Below are positions 47,083 to 54,896 of a DNA stretch of 64,000 bases, in pieces. A program made the position numbers and the translations under genes. This DNA comes from Polyangiales bacterium (lineage in GTDB: Bacteria; Myxococcota_A; Polyangia; Polyangiales; Polyangiaceae), in assembly GCA_038230375.1 (NCBI GenBank), contig JBBRNJ010000024.1, positions 1 through 64,000 of the forward strand, written 5' to 3'. Positions within the stretch are counted from its first letter, which is position 1. Each line of letters opens with the position of its first letter. The notes below the pieces were generated by a model, which was not told the origin of the DNA, made no database searches, and saw only the letters and a program-made list of their open reading frames with translations.

Positions 47083-47441
47083 TCGTGCGGCCTGAAGATG
47101 ACGCCGGACTTGGAGCCACCAAAGTAGCTCGGCGGAGGGTTCACATTCTGCGAGGGCGGAAGAGACTTGCTGCCAGCCTTCGTCGCAGGCTTGGTCACCG
47201 GCTTCACCACCGGCGCGTCTGGGCTGGCGGTCACGACGGCCGTCACGGACGCTGGCGCTGATGCCGGCGCGGGGGCTGACGCCAGCGTGGGGGCGGCTTG
47301 CGCGTTTGATGCAGGGTCGGGCTCGCGTGCCACGGGCTCCGGCTTCGAGCAACCGCTCGTGAGGCTTGCGTGCGCGACCAGCCCGAAGAGAACCGTGATC
47401 GCAAACCCCAGCGCGAGCACCCGCATGAAGAGACGCCGCAT
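47079..47441 (-). CDS. small exported low-complexity protein with C-terminal YFGGSKSG motif
   Basis: GGAGG RBS; signal/TM then SG-C; Pro/Ala linker; stop overlaps the desaturase start. Confidence 0.7.
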   Translation of the reverse strand: MRRLFMRVLALGFAITVLFGLVAHASLTSGCSKPEPVAREPDPASNAQAAPTLASAPAPASAPASVTAVVTASPDAPVVKPVTKPATKAGSKSLPPSQNVNPPPSYFGGSKSGVIFRPHE

Positions 47442-47572
47442 GAATGACCTCCGCGCCGAAGCGATGCGTCTTGGACCCGCGTGCCGCCGAGACCTTGGAC
47501 GAGCATGGCATCGGCGACGCGGGCTCTGCGCGATCCATCACCGCGCGAGCACAGCCTGGCATGGAGTCGCAT

Positions 47573-48823
47573 TCACGAGACCCTGCATTTTACGGCAATT
47601 CGTGGGTGCGCCCTGCCGTCACGTTGGAACGACGCTCGCACCGGGAAGCTGACCCAGTGGTTGCAGGCGGCCTTGGGCAGCGTGGCTATCCAGTCGCTGA
47701 TGAGCGCGACGCCGGCAGCGTCGACCACGTCGCGTCCGATTTGTGGCATGGCGATGCCTGGCGCCACAGAGGTCATCCGGTACCAGAGGATCGATGCGTC
47801 GGGTTCCGTCGGTACAAGATCGAATTGCCGGGCGCCCACCATTCCCCCGGCGGACAGCGGCTCCTTGCAGACTCCATAGTGGAGTGGGTCGGGCTCGCTC
47901 GCGAACAGGAATAGCCCGCTCGTGCTCGCGGACCCCGTCGCATTGTGGCAGTGGGCGCAGTTGCCTTCGAGGTATGCGCGCGCGCGGGTGTCGAGCGACT
48001 TCGTTTGGTCGTTCCACGCGGCAAGCACGGGTGCCGCGCGTGGATCGGGCGCGCCCGTGAGAATGCCGGCCTTGACCCAGTGCGCTAGCTGATTCTCCGT
48101 GCCGGAGGGATACACACGATCGCGATTCAAGTTGCGGGCCCTGGGACCGATCGGGGTGAGCACGCCGTCCGCCTCATGGCACTGCTTGCATTGCGTCTGG
48201 GCCGGCTGGAGGTAGGCGTTGTCCTGGACCTGCCCGTTCGGGTCCGTCCAGTGAACGTGAAGCGAGCGTCCGCCCGCGTCGTAGGTGGCCTTGGTACCGG
48301 TGACATTCCAGAGATAGGGATAGGCGTGCCAGCCGTCGTCAGCCTTGATGAGCACGCGGGTCTCGAGCCAGTGCATCACCGGCGGGCTCACACGCGCGTC
48401 TTCGGGGAAGCCGAAGGACTTCATGAGCACGGTGCCCGTGGGAAAGTCGAACGCGCCCGTGGGGTCATATCTTGCGCTCTTTCCCGGCGGAACGAACACC
48501 GCGCGAGATTTGATGGCGTAGTCGGAGAAGAGCGGCGTGTTGAGCTCGTACGGCACCACGGGCTCCGCATAGAGGACCGCTCCACCGACAATCGCGGCGA
48601 GGCAGTAGCTGTTTAGCGTTGGATACGGCTCGTGCACATAGGTGCCGTCGCCACCCGGCTTGCACCCAGCGAATACGGACGCGTCCAGGACTGTCCCCGC
48701 GTCGAGTCCCGGATCATCCGCACTGGCGGCGGCGCTGGCGTCTCCACCTTTTCCGCTGCAGCCGAGCGGAAACGCGGCGATGGCGGACAGCAGGAGAGCG
48801 AGCTTTTGTGCGCGCGAAAACAT
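47573..48823 (-). CDS. SO2930-family diheme c-type cytochrome lipoprotein (TIGR03806-like)
   Basis: PLG-C lipobox; YELNTPLFSDYA.K.R, FPTGTV..KSF, ETRVL; CKQCH and CAHCH; MP.IGR. Confidence 0.85.
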   Translation of the reverse strand: MFSRAQKLALLLSAIAAFPLGCSGKGGDASAAASADDPGLDAGTVLDASVFAGCKPGGDGTYVHEPYPTLNSYCLAAIVGGAVLYAEPVVPYELNTPLFSDYAIKSRAVFVPPGKSARYDPTGAFDFPTGTVLMKSFGFPEDARVSPPVMHWLETRVLIKADDGWHAYPYLWNVTGTKATYDAGGRSLHVHWTDPNGQVQDNAYLQPAQTQCKQCHEADGVLTPIGPRARNLNRDRVYPSGTENQLAHWVKAGILTGAPDPRAAPVLAAWNDQTKSLDTRARAYLEGNCAHCHNATGSASTSGLFLFASEPDPLHYGVCKEPLSAGGMVGARQFDLVPTEPDASILWYRMTSVAPGIAMPQIGRDVVDAAGVALISDWIATLPKAACNHWVSFPVRASFQRDGRAHPRIAVKCRVS

Positions 48824-48828
48824 CGGCT

Positions 48829-50207
48829 TCAGAAGCTCACCGCAGGCAGGGCAGGTAACGTGCAATCGAACGGCGTCTTGTCGTAGGTGACAATGTCAGT
48901 GAGGTTGCTGCCCGTGTCGTTCAGCTTGTCGAAGTGCAGATGGCAAAGTCCGCTGTTCCGTTGTTGCTGAAACACACGAACATCGGATTGCCGGTGGGCG
49001 CGCCGGTCGCGGCCATGCTCATGTCGACGATGCCATCCACGAGCTGGTCCGGGACATGGCCATTTGGATAGACGTTCTTGCCGGTCGACAGGATCGCGCC
49101 CAGCTGGGTCTTCAGATCGGGCGACGTGCCGTTTCCGGTCATCGTGTTGTCGTGAACGAACACGCGCTTCGAGATCGGCTGATACAGTGGGTCTTGTGCG
49201 CTGGTCCAGGAAGAGTCCGCCACATAGTAGCTGTCGACCGAGAACGCGGTCGTCATGTTGTTCGAATAGGTGTTGTGGTCGAACTCGACGTCGCGAGTTC
49301 CAAGTACGAATGAGCCGGTTCCGGCAGGTACCTTGGCAACGATGCTGCCTGTCGCGTTGAAGTTTGGTGTGTTGTTGGAGTCGATGATGTTCATGTGCAC
49401 GTGAACATTGTGACCGTCGTGCTGGTTGCCGGCGCCAGGCACGTCGAACACAAGAAGTCCGGCTGTGTTGTTCTTGACGGTGTTGCCGAAGACGTCTGCG
49501 TTGTAGGAGTTCTCGATCTCGATGCCGGCGACGTTGTCGTGCGACGTGTTGTTCTTGACGATGATCCCCTGGGATTGTCCGACGTAGATGCCCGCGTCTG
49601 ACGAACCGGAGATATCGGAGCTCTCCACGAGCACGTTCTTGCAGAAGACCGGATAGATCGCGTAATCGCCGTGCGTCCTGGGGTCTGCGGCGCTCCACGA
49701 GACCTTGACCGCGTGGAAGGTGACGCCGGTGGAGCCCTTCACCTTGATTCCATTCTTCACGGGGTCCCGCACCGCGATGTCGCGGATTGCAAAGCCATCG
49801 GACCCGTCGAGCACATCGATGCCGATACCGCTGCTGCCAGAGGCGAGGCCCTTGAAGTCGAGCGTGGTCTGACCAATTCCCGCACCCTTCACCGTCACGT
49901 GGGTCGCGGCGAACGTCAGCGTGTTGGTGAATGCGAACGTGCCTGGACCGAACACGAACGTCGATCCGGTCTGCGCGGTGGCGATCGCGTTGGCGACGTC
50001 GGACTCCGCTGCCCCCTCCGAGAAGCCGCTGCACGGAGCCGCAATGCCGATGCACAACGGCGACGGTGCCGCGGCGTCTGCACCGGCTTCTGGTGACGTG
50101 CCGGCATCTTCATCGACGGCGCTTCCTCCGGAAGAAGAGGACTTGCACGACGGTACCGCGAGCGCGAGGGCCGGGAGCACCGCGAGAACAAGGGGCTTGA
50201 GGTTCAT
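48829..50207 (-). CDS. parallel beta-helix lipoprotein (TIGR03805-like), apparent 1-nt frameshift near 48941
   Basis: YAIYPV.C.NVL.E.S...G.SDAGIYVGQS, NVAGIEIENS, VPAGTG; main frame stops at 48921, C-terminus continues in another frame to 48829. Confidence 0.85.
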
Positions 50208-50218
50208 GCCACTACAGC

Positions 50219-50234
50219 AGCAACGTGCGTGCCA
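50219..50234 (-). promoter_or_regulatory. sigma54 -24/-12 promoter
   Basis: minus strand TGGCACGCACGTTGCT, matching consensus TGGCACG-N4-TTGCW. Confidence 0.8.
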
Positions 50235-50288
50235 TTCCTCACCAGGGTCTTTTTTCGCGGCTCGCGTGGCGTTGCACAAGAATCGAGC

Positions 50289-50320
50289 TGCACAGTGTGC
50301 AAGCGCCTGCACACTGTGCA
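50289..50320. promoter_or_regulatory. tandem palindromic boxes, putative enhancer (UAS)
   Basis: TGCACA-G-TGTGCA (50289-50301) and TGCACA-C-TGTGCA (50308-50320). Confidence 0.6.
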
Positions 50321-50362
50321 GTCGCCTGCGCTGAGGGCGCCCGCTACAAGCCTACGCGGGGT

Positions 50363-50617
50363 TCACGGCGGCGGGCAGAACACGCCGATCCGGCCGGCGC
50401 CCATCAGGTTCTCGCGCTCGCAGACCTTCACCATCCGCGCCTTCTCCATCTTCGGCTGGCAGAGGGGCGTCTTGTCGCTGGTGAGCCAGCCGCACTCGTC
50501 GCCTCCGTTCGGACACTGGTCCGCGATCGTGCACTCTTTCTTTCTGCACGAGGCGCTCACCATGATGAGGATGAGCGCAAAAGCGGCGAGAACGACGGAC
50601 GCTATGTGGCGGGGCAC
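50363..50617 (-). CDS. small Cys-rich lipoprotein
   Basis: hydrophobic signal ending SAS-C; six further Cys in about 60 aa. Confidence 0.6.
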   Translation of the reverse strand: MPRHIASVVLAAFALILIMVSASCRKKECTIADQCPNGGDECGWLTSDKTPLCQPKMEKARMVKVCERENLMGAGRIGVFCPPP

Positions 50618-50733
50618 CCGCCATTGATATCACGCCGCGTTGTATCTCCCAGGTGCTCCTCGATCGCAGCGTGTGGACGCGGTATTCTGCTCTCGACAGT
50701 GAAGATCGAGCGCCTCCAGAAACACGGCCTGGC

Positions 50734-51912
50734 ATGATGAACAAGGAGACCTTGCGACGTTTCTACGAGGCGTCGTTCGCGCTCGGGCCGAACAGCGCGG
50801 AGATGTCGGCGCTCGACGCGCCCTTCGACGATTACTACGAGTTCCTGCACAAGATCGCGCCGGCCGTCACGCGGCGCAGCGCTGCACAATGGGCCATGCG
50901 GCTCGAGTATCGAAAGCTGGCGGAGGGCATGCCGCCCGACTCGCCGCACCCGGAGCCGCTCGCCATGGAGGTGATCAGCATCGAGAAAAAAATCAGCGTC
51001 GATCTCGCGAAGACCAAGCTCGCTTCCACTTGCGAGAGGCTGGACATCGATCGGGTGAAGAACGTCCGCGGATGGAAGAGCCTTGGCCGGCTCCGTGCGC
51101 TCCGGCACCTTCAGGTCAGCCTCTGCGATAGCAACGATCGCGCGCCGCTGACGCCACCCCTTCGTCTGGAAACGATCGACGTCGAGAGCTCGACGCTGGA
51201 ATGCCTTCGCACGGTCCTCGCTTCCGTGAACGCGCCGGACGTCGAGCTCGCGAGCGAGAGCGCGGCGCTGGACCTTGCCGTGCTTGCGACGTGCAAGCGG
51301 CTGCGCCGGGTCTTCGTCGCGGCGCCCCTTGTTCGGGGAGTCAGCCGGTTGCGAGGACACCCCATCGAGGAGCTCAAGCTCGCTGACGCCCCGCTCTCCG
51401 ACCAGCTGCGAGACACGATTCACTCGCTCGCCCCCACGCTTCGGCACTTGCGGTTCGACGCGGGGCGTGTGTTCTCGCCCGGCGAGCTCGGCTCGCTCTC
51501 GAAATTGAAGGCCTTGCGGCAGCTCGCCGTCCCGGCCTTTCTCGAGCTGAAGAAGGAGTGGGTTGACTTCGCAGCGGCGAACCCTCGCGTCGGGTTCACA
51601 TTCTTTCCGTTCAATCCGCCGGACGCGAAGCGAGAGGTCATCACCGTCGCGGAGATCCACCATGGCGTCGACATTCTCAGGTGCGTGAAGGGCAAGAAGG
51701 TCGCCTTCGAGGTCGCCGACGACCTTGCCTCGCGGCGGAAGGGCTACGGCGGAAGCAACGAGGATCTCGAGGACGAGCTCCGCGCCAGGGCCAAGGCAGC
51801 GAAGAAGAAGATCGATTGGCGGAGTGAGCTGGACACGCTCGTCGCGCGGACGACGGATGTGGAGACTGCGCGCTGGGTGGTCGATCAGGCTGCTTCGAAG
51901 GTAAAACCGTGA
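50734..51912 (+). CDS. leucine-rich-repeat-like protein
   Basis: L.RL.AL.HL.V, LRRV.V, IEEL.L, TLRHL.F, LSKLKALRQL.V repeats. Confidence 0.6.
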   Translation: MMNKETLRRFYEASFALGPNSAEMSALDAPFDDYYEFLHKIAPAVTRRSAAQWAMRLEYRKLAEGMPPDSPHPEPLAMEVISIEKKISVDLAKTKLASTCERLDIDRVKNVRGWKSLGRLRALRHLQVSLCDSNDRAPLTPPLRLETIDVESSTLECLRTVLASVNAPDVELASESAALDLAVLATCKRLRRVFVAAPLVRGVSRLRGHPIEELKLADAPLSDQLRDTIHSLAPTLRHLRFDAGRVFSPGELGSLSKLKALRQLAVPAFLELKKEWVDFAAANPRVGFTFFPFNPPDAKREVITVAEIHHGVDILRCVKGKKVAFEVADDLASRRKGYGGSNEDLEDELRARAKAAKKKIDWRSELDTLVARTTDVETARWVVDQAASKVKP

Positions 51913-51984
51913 GGGGAGGCCGGTCGCTGGACGTGGACCTTCCGCCTGCTTGCGGCATCGCGGTGGAGCGACTAACCAGAAAGG

Positions 51985-53337
51985 GTGGCCACTCTCGAGA
52001 CCGGCGAGATCATCGACAACAAGTATCAGGTGGGCAAGCTCATCGGAGAAGGCGCCATGGGTGCCGTGTACGAGGGCGAGCATCTTCGCATCTCGCGCCG
52101 TGTCGCGATCAAGGTGTTGCATGCGGCGGCCGCACGCCAGCCGGAGGTCCGCGCGCGCTTCGAGAAGGAGGCGCACGCAGTGGCCCGGATCAAGTCGGAG
52201 CACATCTGCGACGTTCTCGACGTTGGAGATCTCCCGGACGGCGGCGCCTACCTCGTCATGGAGCTCCTCGACGGCGAGGACCTGGATGGTCGCATCAAGG
52301 AGCGGGGAAAGCTCTCGTCGGATGACGCGGCCCTCATCGCGTACCAGCTGCTCGATGGGCTCGCCACCATGCACGCGGCCGGCATCGTGCATCGAGATTT
52401 GAAGCCTGCGAACCTCTTCCTTGCGCGCACGCCTCATGGCGGTGAGAACGTGAAGATCCTGGATTTTGGCGTCTCCAAGTTCGAGCCGAAGCAGGGTGAC
52501 GGCAGCGTGACGGCGACCGGCGTCGTCATGGGCACTCCGTTCTACATGTCGCCCGAGCAAGCGCGCGGGGACAAGAGCGTCGACCACCGATCGGATCTCT
52601 ACTCCGTGGGCGTCATCCTCTACGAGGCGGTGACGGGACGCTTGCCGTTCACGGGCAGTAACTTCCAGGAGATCTTCTTCAAGATCGTGCTGGAGACGGC
52701 GCCCGGAGTGGAGGAGGTGGAGCCCAGCGCAGATCCGAAGCTCGCGCAGATCATCCGCAAGGCCATGTCGCGCGAGCCCGCGGAGCGATACCAGAGCGCC
52801 GCCGAGCTCCAGGACGCCATCGGTGCGTTTGCCGCGTCGCGCGGGCTCGCCTTGAACCCTGCGCACTCGATCTCGCCGGGCGCGCCGGAGGCTCCTCCTG
52901 CCAGTGTCGGGTTGCGCGCCGATGCCCCGACGAGCGCCGAGCCCGTCGCTCCCAAGGGGAGGGGCGTCCTCGTCGGGATCGTCGCCACGCTGGTCGTGGC
53001 CTCGGTCGTCATCGCGATCTCCTTGTGGCCGGCGCCACCCGCGGCGCCCGCGGTGGCTGATGAGCCAGCGCCCTCGGCGTCGCAAGCCGTCGCCAGCGCC
53101 GTGGCTGTCACGCCACCCGCCGCGTCGAGCGTCGTCATGCACACGGACATCTCCGCACCGGCACTGACGCGTGCAGCAGCTCCGGCTCCGGGCTCTGTGG
53201 CCATTCCCGCTGGAGCGGCCGTCGCGTCGGCAGACGCAAGCGTGCGAAGCTCCACGGACGCATCTTCCGCTGCGGATGCGTCGCCCGGCGGTGGGTGGGG
53301 GATGATCGCGCCCACGGTTCCAACCACCACCCCGTAA
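51985..53337 (+). CDS. membrane Ser/Thr protein kinase
   Basis: GEGAMG, VAIK, HRDLKPAN, DFG, YMSPE; TM helix. Confidence 0.93.
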   Translation: MATLETGEIIDNKYQVGKLIGEGAMGAVYEGEHLRISRRVAIKVLHAAAARQPEVRARFEKEAHAVARIKSEHICDVLDVGDLPDGGAYLVMELLDGEDLDGRIKERGKLSSDDAALIAYQLLDGLATMHAAGIVHRDLKPANLFLARTPHGGENVKILDFGVSKFEPKQGDGSVTATGVVMGTPFYMSPEQARGDKSVDHRSDLYSVGVILYEAVTGRLPFTGSNFQEIFFKIVLETAPGVEEVEPSADPKLAQIIRKAMSREPAERYQSAAELQDAIGAFAASRGLALNPAHSISPGAPEAPPASVGLRADAPTSAEPVAPKGRGVLVGIVATLVVASVVIAISLWPAPPAAPAVADEPAPSASQAVASAVAVTPPAASSVVMHTDISAPALTRAAAPAPGSVAIPAGAAVASADASVRSSTDASSAADASPGGGWGMIAPTVPTTTP

Positions 53338-53378
53338 ATCAGCGGACAGCGACGGGCGCGGCGCGGTACGCTAGGAGA

Positions 53379-54896
53379 ATGGGGAGCGAGGTGCCCACGT
53401 CGCCCGTCATCGCGGCTGGAGCCGTGCTTGCGGGCAAGTACAAGCTCGAGGCCCTGATCGGTCAGGGCGGCATGGGCACCGTCTGGTCTGCGACGCACCT
53501 TGGTCTCGGAAAACATGTCGCGGTGAAGCTCATCACCAGCGGTCTTGCGCGCCACGCGGAGATCCGCAAGCGGTTCGACACGGAGGCGAAGGCGGGCGCA
53601 AAGCTGCAGTCGCGCCACGTCGTGCAGATCTTCGACAACGGAGAGCTCGAGGACGGCACACCGTTCATCGCCATGGAGCTCCTGCGCGGTCAGTCCCTCC
53701 AGGCGCGGCTCGAGCACGGCGGCGCCATGCCCCTCGCAGACGTCGTCCAGATGGTCACGCACGTCGCGCGGGCGCTCGGCCGCGCACACGCGCTCGGCAT
53801 CATTCATCGCGACATCAAGCCCGACAACATCTTCCTGTCCGAGTCCGACGACGACGACGGCGTCGTCGTGAAGGTCCTTGATTTCGGCATCGCCAAGTTC
53901 TCCATGGCCGACGAGGCGCAGTCCACGACGCGCACAGGCGCGATGATCGGCACGCCGCTCTACATGAGCCCCGAGCAGGCACGCGGACTCCGTGGGATTG
54001 ACGGTCGCTCCGATCTCTACTCTCTCGGCCTTGTGGTCTACACGGCGCTCACGTGCGTTCAGCCGTTCGCTGGCGCATCGTTCGGCGATCTCATCCTGCA
54101 GATCTGCACGCGGTCGCTGCCGAGCCTCGTCAAGCTGCAACCGCAGCTGCCCGTCGCCCTGGATGCCTGGTTCTATCGCGCGTGCGCCCGCGAGCCGGCC
54201 GATCGCTTCCAGACGGCGCAGCAGATGGCGGAGGCGATCGTGGCACTCGCGGGTGTGGTGCCCGCGGCGCTCTCGTCCACGCCTTCACTGGAGCTCGCGC
54301 TCAGCGGCTCGGGCGAGACGCAGTCGCTCGGCACGCAGCCCACGTTCGTCGCCGCTGCACCGCCCAGCATCCGATCGAACCCGTTCGCCCAGAACGCGTC
54401 CGCCTCGGGCTCCATGGGCGCGGCTCCGGCCGTCGCGCCGCCGCAACAGAGCTCGCTCGTTGCGCTGGCGCAGAATCAAAGCCTGGGAGGCATCGCGAAT
54501 ACGCCCTTGCAGGCGGACCTGGTTCAGCGCCAGCAGGAGCGCCCAAAGCCTCTCGCGAAGATCATCGTCGCGGGTGCGGCGCTCGTGGTGGTCGCCGGCA
54601 TCGGCGTCCTTGCGTTCGGGCGCTTCGGCCCTCGGCACGGCGACACCTCCGCCTCCGCCACAGCATCAGCGCCAACCGCGACTCCTCCTGCGCAGTCGGT
54701 TGCTTCTTCCGCTGGCACGTCTGGCGCGCCCTCCGCCAGCATCGGGAGCAGCGCGGAGAATGGCACCACCACGCCGTCCGCCTCTGGCGCGTCGTCCTCA
54801 GCGCCTTCTCGATCGGCGAGCGCACCCACGCATCGACCCCTGCATCCGGCGCAGTCGGCAAGCTCCGCCCCTCTCGACATCAAGCTGACTCACTGA
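53379..54896 (+). CDS. membrane Ser/Thr protein kinase
   Basis: GQGGMG, VAVK, HRDIKPDN, DFG, YMSPE; TM helix. Confidence 0.93.
   Translation: MGSEVPTSPVIAAGAVLAGKYKLEALIGQGGMGTVWSATHLGLGKHVAVKLITSGLARHAEIRKRFDTEAKAGAKLQSRHVVQIFDNGELEDGTPFIAMELLRGQSLQARLEHGGAMPLADVVQMVTHVARALGRAHALGIIHRDIKPDNIFLSESDDDDGVVVKVLDFGIAKFSMADEAQSTTRTGAMIGTPLYMSPEQARGLRGIDGRSDLYSLGLVVYTALTCVQPFAGASFGDLILQICTRSLPSLVKLQPQLPVALDAWFYRACAREPADRFQTAQQMAEAIVALAGVVPAALSSTPSLELALSGSGETQSLGTQPTFVAAAPPSIRSNPFAQNASASGSMGAAPAVAPPQQSSLVALAQNQSLGGIANTPLQADLVQRQQERPKPLAKIIVAGAALVVVAGIGVLAFGRFGPRHGDTSASATASAPTATPPAQSVASSAGTSGAPSASIGSSAENGTTTPSASGASSSAPSRSASAPTHRPLHPAQSASSAPLDIKLTH

Noticed and set aside
47573..47660. Possible read-through or frameshift extending the SO2930-family C-terminus
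   Set aside because: The tail looks atypical, but I found no simple single-base fix, so it cannot be supported
50602..53142. 846-aa minus-strand ORF, and similar long ORFs at 59558-62377, 54890-56800, 12904-14529 and 28783-30471
   Set aside because: Antisense shadows of well-supported genes; expected in high-GC DNA and without motifs
54053..54895. N-terminal extension making the TonB receptor 1259 aa
   Set aside because: Overlaps the kinase in another frame; the signal peptide begins at ATG 54896
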